Below are positions 1 to 10,795 of a stretch of 64,000 nt of DNA, in pieces (position 1 is the first letter of the stretch; each line of letters starts with the position of its first letter). The DNA is from Chiloscyllium plagiosum (taxonomy: Eukaryota): NCBI RefSeq assembly GCF_004010195.1, contig NC_057758.1, positions 4,188,962 to 4,252,961 of the forward strand, given 5' to 3'. The position numbers were made by a program, and so were the translations under genes. The notes under the pieces were generated by a model. That model did not search any database, was not told where the DNA came from, and worked only from the letters and a program-made list of their open reading frames with translations.

Positions 1-1311
1 CCATATCAACAAAATCAGCGAAGGCCAATCCATGGTCTATCTGTCAGACCAACCAGGTTACTGTTGGTCGGTTTCAATTTCACCAATCCTTGCAGTTGAT
101 TGTGAGCCAGCATCAATGGGTATATTTCCTTACCGAACGCCCCTCCACATCAGTTTCACACAGACTGATTTAATTTTTGCAAAATGCCTGGCAACTGACT
201 GTCAATTTGCATCAATGAATTTATTGTCAACAGAATGCCTTGACGTGTCAGATTCGCATTACCCAGTTTAAGAGCAATAAGCCTGATTTTTAATTTACAA
301 TCTGCATCCATGGTCGCATTGACCACGGGAAAGTACTGACAAATGAGCTTCATAACTCCTCGTTTAAACATAACCAGACTTGACAGTTAACTGTCATTCC
401 ACATCAATAGATTTTTCTTCGACAGGTGCACCAAGACGAATCAGTGACCATGAGTTAACTAATGCCTTATCTCCTCTCATGCAGGATAAACATGATATTC
501 CCACTTCAGTTTATGTTCGTGCGAAATGTCCTGAGGAGTGTAAGGCAAACGTCTTCGATAAAATGTGTTTTTTTTTATTTCAACGAGAATCCTGGTTAGA
601 CCGGGTAGCTGGGTATTACTCGACAATTCCTGTAGCAACCAGAAGTTAATGGAAGAGTCAGGAGAATCGGTGGAGGAAAGTCATGACAGTGACTATTTAG
701 CTTCTAATACCTCAGCTCGTGTTCATGAGAACAAGATCTGTATGAAGGGCGCATTATGGCCAAAATGTATTAGTCACCTTAACTTTGATCAAACCGTCTT
801 CATCGAACCNNNNNNNNNNNNNNNNNNNNNNNNNNNNNNNNNNNNNNNNNNNNNNNNNNNNNNNNNNNNNNNNNNNNNNNNNNNNNNNNNNNNNNNNNNN
901 NNNNNNNNNNNNNNNNNNNNNNNNNNNNNNNNNNNNNNNNNNNNNNNNNNNNNNNNNNNNNNNNNNNNNNNNNNNNNNNNNNNNNNNNNNNNNNNNNNNN
1001 NNNNNNNNNNNNNNNNNNNNNNNNNNNNNNNNNNNNNNNNNNNNNNNNNNNNNNNNNNNNNNNNNNNNNNNNNNNNNNNNNNNNNNNNNNNNNNNNNNNN
1101 NNNNNNNNNNNNNNNNNNNNNNNNNNNNNNNNNNNNNNNNNNNNNNNNNNNNNNNNNNNNNNNNNNNNNNNNNNNNNNNNNNNNNNNNNNNNNNNNNNNN
1201 NNNNNNNNNNNNNNNNNNNNNNNNNNNNNNNNNNNNNNNNNNNNNNNNNNNNNNNNNNNNNNNNNNNNNNNNNNNNNNNNNNNNNNNNNNNNNNNNNNNN
1301 NNNNNNNNNTT

Positions 1312-2184
1312 TTTCGCAGAACATGTGGTCTCTCTGGATCTGTAAGTCGTTACCTGGAGGCAATGGCAGTGGCAGATGTACTAGTCATTGTCCTCTATGT
1401 GATATTGAGACTTATGCCAATTGTTTATAGGGAGCATTTTTATTTCTTCTATTCCCTCCACGTGTGTAATATCCACGCCATCCTGCTTTATGCAGCCACT
1501 GACTGTTCTGTCTGGTTCACCGTCACTTTCACCTTTGATCGATTTGTGGCCATTTGTTGCCAGAAACTGAATCGTAAATATTGCAGTGAGAAAACAGCCT
1601 CTTTGGTTTTGGGAATAGTGACTGCGCTGAGCTGCTTAAAGAACATTGTCTGGTACTTCATGTATGAAAGCACGTATACTCTTCAGAGGGCTCGCTGGTT
1701 TTGTTATATGGAAGCTACCACTGCCATGACATTGCTCTGGACAATAATCGATTTTCTGCATTACATTCTGACCCCATGTGTCCCATTTGTCTTGATTCTG
1801 CTTCTGAATGCTTTAACCGTCAGGCACATTTTAATTGCAAGTGGGGCCCGCAGGCGACTCCAGGCCCACAAAAGGGAGGAGAGTCACACCGATCTAGAAA
1901 TGGAGAATCGAAGAAAATCTGTCATTTTACTATTTGTACTCTCGGCTAATTTTATATTGTTATGGTCAACTTTAATTGTATATTCTCTGTGGGAGCGAAT
2001 GTATTTATTCAGCGATGTACCATTTGGGATACCTGGCCTTGTGCATGAAATAGGTTTCATGCTGCAGCTCATGAGTTGCTGCACAAACACTCTTATTTAT
2101 GCTGTGACACAGTCTATGTTCCGAAATCAGTTGAAACATCTGTTGAAATATCCCGTCACTCTTGTCATAAAATATGTTCGATAA
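1312..2184 (+). CDS. Class A (rhodopsin-like) GPCR, GPR139/GPR142-like family; large second coding exon, 5' end hidden in the N gap
   Basis: Open frame from the gap edge to TAA at 2182-2184: CGLSGSVSRYLEAMAVADVL (ICL1/TM2), SVWFTVTFTFDRFVAICC (TM3, DRF), TPCVPFVLILLLNALTV (TM5), ENRRKSVILLF..FILLW (TM6), SCCTNTLIYAVTQ (TM7) and helix 8 FRNQLK. The N-terminal 81 aa of the ORF-track call (565-809) are an artefact of reading through Ns. Confidence 0.9.
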   Translation, partial: FRRTCGLSGSVSRYLEAMAVADVLVIVLYVILRLMPIVYREHFYFFYSLHVCNIHAILLYAATDCSVWFTVTFTFDRFVAICCQKLNRKYCSEKTASLVLGIVTALSCLKNIVWYFMYESTYTLQRARWFCYMEATTAMTLLWTIIDFLHYILTPCVPFVLILLLNALTVRHILIASGARRRLQAHKREESHTDLEMENRRKSVILLFVLSANFILLWSTLIVYSLWERMYLFSDVPFGIPGLVHEIGFMLQLMSCCTNTLIYAVTQSMFRNQLKHLLKYPVTLVIKYVR

Positions 2185-2301
2185 GGATATTAAGTGAGAA
2201 AAGGCAGAAATGAATTGCACTAAGTCTCACTTGATCTTTATGAATGAACACATCACCTGCATAAAACAGATTTGGAATTTTCAAAGACAGAATTCAATCA
2301 T

Positions 2302-2377
2302 CTCCCCACGACACTCAATTGCACTTTTTTGGTGTCCAGAACCACGACACTCAATTGCACTTTTTTGGTGTCCAGAA
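2302..2377. repeat. Short tandem duplication (2 x ~36 bp) in the putative 3' UTR
   Basis: ccacgacactcaattgcacttttttggtgtccagaa occurs twice, adjacent. Confidence 0.85.
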
Positions 2378-2657
2378 AATCATGAGGTTATCATTGCTCC
2401 GACGTTGTACTGAATCGATACTGTTTATGTTTAGGCTGCACATGTTGTTAAGAGTTCCAAACAATTCTACAACGTGTAACTCACCTCCCTGAGACCGAAT
2501 TTCTGGCCGCTCAATTCAATGTATTAGACTCGCATGGATGAGTCCATTTGTTTAACAACATGGAAGTTCGAAACCAATAGCTGAAGCATCTTTTGCGGGC
2601 AGAAATATCAAGGAGGAGTCATAAGCCTCGTGTTTATTCGTTCCTTCGTTCTGTTGT

Positions 2658-2966
2658 GGGCGGCACGGTGGCATAGTGGTTAGCACTGTTGCCTCACAGC
2701 GCCAGAGACCCGGGTTCAATTCCGTCTCAGGTGACTGACTGTGTGGAGTTTGCAGGTTCTCCCCGTGTCTGCGTGAGTTTCCTCCAGGTTCTCCGGTTTC
2801 CTCCCACAGTCCAAAGATGTGCAGGTTAGGTGAATTGGCAATGCTAAATTGCCCGTAGTGTTAAGTTAGGGGTATGGGTGGGTTGTGCTTCGGCGGGATG
2901 GTGTGGACTTGTTGGGCCGAAGGGCGTGTTTCCACATTTTAATGTAATCTGATCTAATCCAATCTT
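2658..2966 (+). mobile_element. HE1-type tRNA-derived SINE, full length
   Basis: Head gggcggcacggtggcatagtggttagc (A box) and gggttcaattcc (B box), core tgtgtggagtttgca..ttctccccgtgtctgcg, CR1-like tail ending in (aatct)n. Confidence 0.9.
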
Positions 2967-3584
2967 CACTGCTCTATTAGGACATGTGCGAGAGGCCAGA
3001 GATTGCTGCAAAACTGGCGTTTGCGGGGTGCATTTTGCCTCTTACTTGCAGCTCGTTTCACAAGATCAAAAATACACTGAGTTCCCCATTGAAATGCAAC
3101 ATTTTATTTCCATCCACGCTACAGTAATTGTATATAGCATTGATATAATCGATTTGCATATTTCCATAATGGAGACATCCAAAGCAATAAACATCAACGC
3201 AATAAACATCAACAAATGATGAAGGTCTCTACGGACAGTCACAGGTGCAACCATCATCTCCATCATCTGTGTTTGGAGCTTACAATGCATCTGACTCCTT
3301 TAGTTCTCCCCATCTGCATTGGATTATTTACCAATAAAGTAAATTGCTGTTTTTGGAAGACGAACCCATCCAAAATCTGTGCTAATTTGGGAATATCCGG
3401 ATGGAGAGGATATTAATTTTTCAAAATGTTCTAAAATTTTTCAAATGAACATTAATATAATGTTACTGTGGCACAACTGTCAAATTGAGAAGAACCCCTC
3501 ACTCTCTTCATGGTTAAAAGATCAAACAACAATCACTCTCACTTGCAACAGCAGTTTACGACCATTGCTATTTAGTGTCATTGA

Positions 3585-3780
3585 GTCATGGAATGCCGAT
3601 AGCGTGGAAACTGGCCATTTGCCCCAACAAGTCCACACCAATATATCCAAGAGTGTCCCGCCCAGATATATTCCGCTTCCCTAAATTTACTCCTGATTAC
3701 TGCACCGAACCTACACATCCCTGACAGCTGTGGACAACTTAACATGGCGAATTCACCTTACCTGCACATCTTTGGATTGT
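3585..3780 (-). mobile_element. HE1-type SINE 3' fragment
   Basis: Matches the other HE1 copies (aattcacct..acctgcacatctttgga; caacaagtccacacc). Confidence 0.7.
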
Positions 3781-4216
3781 TATAGAGTCTATGAAATAAT
3801 GCAATGCCCTATGTTTTTCTTTAAAGATTCGAAACCGTTTTCTCATGACATGTGAGAGAATGAATTGAGATAAATTATCTCCACGTTTCGATTATGGATT
3901 GCTGGATATGCAATTAGACCATATCTAGCCCTTATATTGTTATCACAACTTGCCTCTGAAGATTTACCCTGTCCTGTCGTGTGATGTTAGCTATTTACCA
4001 TTTCGATGTGCACCATTTGTCAGATTTCTGATCAATTTTTTGCATTGGTAACTTCAGAATCCAAATTATCAACCTTGTGATAGGTGGTGTATGACAAGCT
4101 GTTTGAATACATTGCCCATTTCTGTGCAGGAATTAAGTGCAATTTATTAAAATATTAGCTGAAAACGGTGTTGCTGGAAAAGTGCAGCAGGTCAGGCAGC
4201 ATTCCATGAGCAGGAG

Positions 4217-4252
4217 AATCGACGTTTCGGGCATAAGCCCTTCTTCAGGAAT
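4217..4252 (-). ncRNA. Minimal type I hammerhead ribozyme motif
   Basis: Minus strand reads ATTC CTGAAGA A GGGC-TTAT-GCCC GAAA CG TC GATT: conserved core, 4-bp stem II, GUC cleavage triplet, stem I with one mismatch. Confidence 0.7.
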
Positions 4253-4286
4253 ACCTGAAGAAGGGCTTATGTCCGAAACGTAGATT
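4251..4286 (+). ncRNA. Minimal hammerhead ribozyme motif (slightly diverged)
   Basis: ATAC CTGAAGA A GGGC-TTAT-GTCC GAAA CG TA GATT: core intact, G-U pair in stem II, GUA triplet, weak stem I. Confidence 0.55.
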
Positions 4287-4768
4287 CTCCTGCTCCTTGG
4301 ATGCTGCCTGTCCTGCTGCGCTTTTCCAGCAACACATTTTTCAGCTCTGATCTCCAGCATCTGCAGTCCTCACTTTCTCCTTATTAAAATATTACATTAT
4401 TGTGACTGCACACAATGAAATAGAATCTGTTTGCAAACTCATCCTTGTATGAAAATCTTAAACTGTTATACATAATCTTTATTGAAATTGTGCTAATTGT
4501 CTACATGTCTGTTGATCAGGTTTTGTAAAATTTTCTTCCTTCCTTTCAACACTGAATCATACAGATGTGGTTTGGTGGTGAGAGAGTGGAAGGGATAATC
4601 TGTTCGATCCATCTCACAGACTGAGAGTAGCCAGCGAGATAAAACGTTGCTTAGAGCAACAAAACATAGATTTAGCACATCTATCCGAAAACCATGGAAA
4701 GTTGCTTTGCATTTACCTGCTCATAAAATTAACTGTATGAACAGTGATTTCTGCAAGTTCAGTGGACT

Positions 4769-5422
4769 GAGGGGATATCATGAAGAAAGATATGATGTTG
4801 AACATGCATTTCCTGAATATCTTGAAGGGGAATTACTGTACTGTCGAACTGTTGTCTAACATGAATTACACTGAATACAATAGTCAAACTGTCAAAAACA
4901 CATGCACGAGTCCTATTTAATTTCTCACGCAGGAGGGAATTGAGTGAAATAGTCATCAGAATGAAATCTTGCCCACGGGTACAGAAAACATCAATAATAA
5001 ACTTACCCCACAGCTCAGACAGAATCTCGTATGGAAGGAGTAATTCTCTCAGTTGATGAGATGAATGGAAGTAACATGTTTCATATGATTTGTAGAGGGG
5101 ATATGATGAAGAAAGATATGATGTTGAACATGCATTTCCTGAATATCTTGAAGGGGAATTACTGTACTGTCGAACTGTTGTCTAACATGAATTACACTGA
5201 ATACAATAGTCAAAATGTCAAAAACACATGCACGAGTCCTATTTAATTTCTCACGCAGGAGGGAATTGAGTGAAATCGTCATCAGAATTAAATCTTGCCC
5301 ACGGGTACAGAAAACATCAATAATAAACTTACCCAACAGCTCAGACAGAATCTCGTATGGAAGAAGTAATTCTCTCAGTTGATGAGATGAATGGAAGTAA
5401 CATGTTTCATATGATTTGTAGA
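4769..5422. repeat. Tandem duplication, 2 x ~326 bp, near-identical
   Basis: gaggggatat..atgaagaaagatatgatgttgaac starts at 4769 and again at 5095; both units end in catatgatttgtaga; only a few substitutions. Confidence 0.92.
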
Positions 5423-5679
5423 TATTTTTATTTATATCAGGTTAATTCATGAATTCATACACCTTTTCTTCTGCATGCATGTGATCTGTGCATGCATGGC
5501 CTAATAAATCTTGAGAGATATGACTGATTTTCCACATGTTTACCTTTGAAGATGCCATTTCTAGCAAATCCACATTTATCTACGACTGACATGGAAGAAC
5601 GTGCTTGCTTGGAGACCTGTTAGATAAGTTCAAACAATGCAGTAAATACAGTGATAATATATTTATATTTTTGATCGTC

Positions 5680-7700
5680 ATGGTGATGTACAGCACGGAA
5701 ACAGACCAGATATCTCAACCTAATCTAGTCGCATTTGCCAGCACATGGCCCACATCCCTCTAAACCTTTCCTATTCACATACCCATCCAGATGCCTTTTA
5801 AATGTTGCAAGTATACATGCTTCCACCACTTCCTCTGGAGCTCAATCCATTAGCGTGGAAAGGTCGTTCCTTAGGTGGCTTCGGGTATCTGTACCCTCTC
5901 ACCCTAAAACTATGCCATTTCGTTCTGGACTACTCCCACCCTTTCCATACGTCTCTTGGTTTTATGAGGTGACCCCTCAGTCTTCGACGCTAAAGGGACG
6001 GCTGTCCCAGCTTATTCAGTCTCTCCTTCACGCTCAAACCCACCAACTCTTTCAGGTTTCACAACATCCTTCCGTTAGGACGGAAACGAAAGTTGAAGAC
6101 GCAATATGCCAAATGTGGCTTAACTGACATCCTCTACAACTGCAACATGACCTTCTAACTCCTATACTCACTGCTCTACCCAATTAAGGAAGGCATTCGA
6201 ATGCTTTCCTCACCATCCTGTCTACATGCAACTCCATTATCAATGAGCTATGAACCTGCACTGCAATGCTTCTTCATTCAGCAACACCTCCTCGGACCTT
6301 ACCATTAAGTGTATAAGTCCTACTAAGATTTTCTTTCCCAAAATGTATCACATCTCATCTCTATAAATTAAATTCTCAGCCCATTGGCACATCTTATCAA
6401 GATCACGGTGTAATCTAAGGTAGCCATCTTCGCTGTCCATTACATTCCCAATTTTGGTTTCATTGTCAAACGTGTTAGATATATCTCCGATGTTCATATA
6501 CAAATAATTTATATAAATAATGAAAAGTAGTGGGCCCAACACTGATGCTTATGGCACACCACTGGCCACAGGCTTCCACTACGAAAACCAAATCTCCACC
6601 ACCACGTCTGTCTTCTACCTTCGAGCCAGTTCTGTATCGGAATGGCTAGTTCTCCATTTATTCCATGAGATCTAACCTTGCTAACCAGTCTCCCATAGGG
6701 AACATTATCGAATGCATTTTTGAATTCCAGAGATCACATTCAACTCTCTGCCCTCATCAAGCCTCTTCATTACTTCTTCCAAAATCATAATCAAGTACAT
6801 CACTCATGTTTTCCCAAGGACAAAGCCATGTTTACTATTCCAAACTAATCCTTGCCTTACCATATGTGGTCATCCTGTCCCTCAGGACGCCCTCCATCAA
6901 CTTAAGCACCAGTGGTGTCAGGCTCACGGGTCTATAATTCCCTTGCTTGTCCTTAACACCTTTAATAGAAAAAGGTGCCATGTCAGCCAACCTCCGGCCA
7001 TCTGGCACCTCACCTATGACTATCGATGAGACAAATATCTCAGCAAGGGGCCCTGTAATCATTTCCCTAGCTTCCCACAGATTTGTAGTGTACACCTCAT
7101 CAGGTGCAGGGGATTTATCCAACTTTATGCATTTCAAGACACCCAGCACCCCGTCCTCTGTCAGATGGCCATTTTTTCAAGATCACACCGTTTATTTCCC
7201 CCACTCTATGTCTTCCTGTCCTCCGCAGTAAACACTTCTGCAATATATCGTTCAATATCCTTTGGCTCCGCAATAAGGCGGCCTTGCTGATCCTTGTAGT
7301 GCCAAGTTCCCACCATAGTTACCGTTTTCTCCTTAATGCATTTACAAAAACACTTTTGGATTCTCCTCAACAGTAAATACAAAAGATATCTCATGTTCCC
7401 TTTTGCTGTCCTGATTTCCCACTTAAGTATTCTCCTACTGCCTTTATACTGTTTTAAGGATTCACTCGATCCCTCCAGTCTATACCTGATACATGTTTCC
7501 TTCTTTTTCTGAACCATACACTCAGTTTCTGTGGTCATACAGCTTTCCCGACACCGACAAGACTATTCTTTCCCCTTAATAGGAATATACTGTATCTGGA
7601 TTGTCGTTACCTCATCCCTGAAGGCTTCCCATTTTCCAGCTATTCATTTACCTGTGAACATCTGCTCCAATCAGCTTTTGAAAGTTCTTCCCTAATGCAT
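5680..7700 (-). mobile_element. CR1 LINE, decayed ORF2 (RT) through the 3' end
   Basis: Minus-strand peptides DKSPAPDEVY..LWEAREMITGPLAEIF, GNYRPVSLT and LGPLLFIIYIN, with many stops and frameshifts. Confidence 0.88.
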
Positions 7701-7713
7701 TTCTCGGCTGAAT

Positions 7714-8953
7714 TCATTTTAGAGAGTTCTGTTGTACGTATCTTCGAATTGATACCCACGGTGATTTTGCCATATTTTTCAACTCATCTTTGCAATTGCT
7801 CAAGATACTTCCCACTTTATTGACGATAAATTCAGGATTTGTGAAATTGCCTTGGTAATAAAGAATGTTTTTTTTTATTTTTGTAAGACCTAAACTCACC
7901 GCATTTGTCAACCAGAGCAAAAGAAAGCTTACTGATTTTGAGAATAATAAAATGATGGACTTTCTGCAGATATCCACTTCAGAGTCTTTTTAATTCCCAC
8001 TCTTGGAGCTCCGGAGTTCAGTGCGGGTTCTATTTGGCAGTACAATGCTTTGGACGGTTAATAAATTACATAAGGCAATCAGAGCGAAGGTAATCCAAAC
8101 CACACAGGCGCTGTTAAACCAGATATAACATATACATGCAGATGAAGAAAAAAATGCTGCCCGTGACCGGCAGCCCACTGCACGTTGTTAATAATTTTCT
8201 CATGTTCATAAGCAAACAAAACTGGTACTTCTGTCAGTATGATCACAACCGTGATTGTTATTAACAAAGTGACTGCAGTCCTGTTGTGCAATATTTTGTT
8301 CGAAATTTCTGGCAGCAGATAACGACAAATCGGTCAAACATGAAAGAAACAATGCTCCAAACAGATAACTCGGGAGTGACAGCGGTCATTCATATAGTGA
8401 CTCTGCAAACAGGAGTATGGAACAAAGGAATGACAATGGAAAGTGGTACCTGAATATGTAATATAGTATTATATTGTTGACCAGGACAAGTAGACCTGTT
8501 GTTGCCATCGCAAAGATGTAGATAGTGATACACTTGGAAAGACTACATTTTCTTTGTGAAAGAATCCAAATTATGGCCAAGTTCGCTATGAGATGGAAAC
8601 AAAATGCAGTGAATAATGCATCAATATCTGATTTCCCAGAATTCGTTATTATTGGCAGGAAGGAGATTGGTCACTTGACTCATTATACGAATATACAGAA
8701 AGAGACATGTCAGGAATCAACATAAAGAAATTATAATGACTGATCACGCTGTCTTATGGGACGGTGTCAATGCCCGTTCCCGCTGACGTGAGAAACACTA
8801 TGTCAAGTCCTGACAGGATCAGACGTTTCTAATATATCTTTGAACAAATTGATTCGGAAAAATGGTTAAAATTATAAACTCACCAGGAACAGCTACTGCT
8901 GCAAGTCATGGATCATAAATATCATTCACCAGCAGAATTGTGGGCTTCCCCAT
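7714..8953 (-). pseudogene. Two-exon GPR139-like GPCR pseudogene (exon 1 8953-8884, intron 8883-8586, exon 2 8585-7714)
   Basis: Exon 1 reads MGKPTILLVNDIYDP*LAAVAVP then G|gtgag; acceptor catag|CG gives ANLAIIWILSQRKCSLSKCITIYIFAMA; later pieces SVWSIVSFMFDRFVVICCQKFRTKYC, IALCNLLTVQSI, RKSIILLFSKSVSFLLLWLT. It has a premature stop in exon 1, several frameshifts, another in-frame stop, and most of TM7 is missing. Confidence 0.88.
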
Positions 8954-9031
8954 TTTGTGTGAGAGTGAATGGTTACTGTGGAGGCTAAAGTTCTCTGAGT
9001 AGGCACTGCCGTGACAATGGAAGTGAATCTG

Positions 9032-9039
9032 TATTTATA
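9032..9039 (-). promoter_or_regulatory. TATA box of the GPCR pseudogene
   Basis: TATAAATA on the minus strand ~80 bp upstream of the exon 1 ATG (8953). Confidence 0.6.
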
Positions 9040-10552
9040 CAAGCATAGTTTCTCCTGGAAACCAGTCAATTACAGTAATCACAGTTATTTAACAAATAGA
9101 GTCAGGTAGTGTATTTTTTTTATTTGTCTGAAGCAGTAGATAAAATGAAAAACGAATGTCAAATGGGGAAAAATATTTGGTTTCTACCTATCGAAGGAGC
9201 AATTGAAGTTCATTCTTTTAAAGGAATTACTGGGCCCATATCTGCGTCTAACGTCTCGGACCCCAAATCCATCTGATATGTATTCTAAATCGTTAATCTG
9301 TTTCAGGCCAAAACCTTCTGAGCTATCTAAGCTTTTCCATTTCATGCATCTTGCAATTTTGCACTTTGTTTATCGTCCTTTCTTGGACCTCCTAAACTTC
9401 TCATGTACCTACATTCACTAGGCTAAGTCAGTTTAATTTTTTTTTCCAGAATGAAGGCGATATAACCCTTCTCTGGACTATTTTGTCGTCTCCTGTGCGT
9501 CAGGCTCACTTTATGTGTCTTCATCAAACCTTCTGTCTTTTGCCCATGCTAACCAACAAACAACTGAGTTTTTAAGATACTGGCTCACTCACTGTCTCTG
9601 ATCGTTGATCAGGGCCTAAACGTTTACAATATTTCTTAATGGGTAAGTGAATGTATTCTGATGTTTTTACTCGTTTTTTTATAATCGCTGTCTCACAATC
9701 TCAGTTATCACTTTGGTTATTCATTGCAGTTTTCCAAACAAAATGCTTAGAAATAGCAGTTGTTCCAGTTGTATTTACAATGTTGTCACGTGCTGCGATT
9801 TTTCAATTATATTTCTGTTTTCTGAATCTGCACCACCCTCCGTGTAGGGCAGTCCCTTCAACAGAAAGTTTCACGAGTGCATGAAGAGAAGTCTTTGCAA
9901 TATCTGCCCACACTAAAGTTGATGTTAAATCACAGCCTGTCTGATCGGATAAGATTCCAGGGAGAATAATATCGATGGTCATGGGCCTTCCCTCATCGAA
10001 TCATACTACTGAGGGAGATTTCGATCGCTGTCGTTATCGCTAAAAGAAGTATATTATCTCACATAGTAAACACCACCCACCTCATTTGCCATGGAATTCG
10101 TTGATTGCACAATATGTTCCCGATTGGTACGCAATATTTCTCTCAACCATATCTATTGTTGCACAAGACAACATCTTTTGATAATACGATGTCAATAAAT
10201 TGCAAGAACGAAATGTGTGTGAACTATCCAAACATTTGCAAATATTATCAATTCACTTAATGCTTCCACGAATGGGAAACAATTCAAAATGAACGTGGTG
10301 ATTCTATTAATTTACCAGCGTTATTCGTCCAGCAGCTGTTTCTGAGCCGTGCTTGTCGCGCTGATGAATTATCATCACTTATGCAACTTCCTGGATGGCT
10401 CATCTCTAGTATTCGTATGACTGCAGTTGCTGTCGGCAAAATATGTCTTGCAAATTGAATCCTGTTCACCGTTATACTTATCCATGTGTTATGATCGAGT
10501 CCAGATGCCCTTAAAACATTTGTTCGCCTGTAGCCGAGTTTTTTTCCCAGTT

Positions 10553-10795
10553 TAGATTAGATTAGATTAGATTACTTACTTTGTGGAAACAGGCCCTTCG
10601 GCCCAACAAGTGCACACCGCCCCGCCGAAGCGCAACCCAACCATACCCCTACCTTTACCCCTTACCTAACACTACGGACAATTTCGCATGGCCAATTCAC
10701 CTGACCTGCACATCTATGGACTGTGGGAGGAAACCGGAGCACCCGGAGGAAACCCACCCAGACACGGGGAGAACGTGCAAATTCCACACAGTCAG
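10553..10795 (-). mobile_element. HE1-type SINE, 5'-truncated (tRNA head missing)
   Basis: (agatt)n tail, gtggaaacaggcccttcggcccaac, aaaccggagcacccggaggaaaccca; similarity stops after ccacacagtcag. Confidence 0.88.

Larger units (their letters stand above)
4158..4380 (+). mobile_element. Palindromic Penelope terminal-repeat (pLTR)-derived mini-insertion with 14-bp target-site duplication
   Basis: Inverted arms 4158-4249 and 4254-4345 plus an unpaired tail to 4380; flanked by ttattaaaatatta at 4144-4157 and 4381-4394. Confidence 0.85.

Noticed and set aside
565..809. N-terminal 81 aa of the 539-aa ORF
   Set aside because: Joined to the GPCR only by reading through 500 Ns; no resemblance to the paralogue's short exon 1
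1310..1319. tttttcgcag as the splice acceptor of the intact GPCR
   Set aside because: It aligns with coding ILSQRKC in the paralogue, whose acceptor is ~25 nt further upstream; the true acceptor is probably in the gap
2658..2725. tRNA gene
   Set aside because: The A/B boxes are the head of an HE1 SINE, followed by SINE core and tail
4158..4345. DNA-transposon MITE or pre-miRNA
   Set aside because: Asymmetric tail, long variable TSDs (12-15 bp) and single-arm copies elsewhere fit Penelope retrotransposition rather than TIR transposition; no evidence for a miRNA
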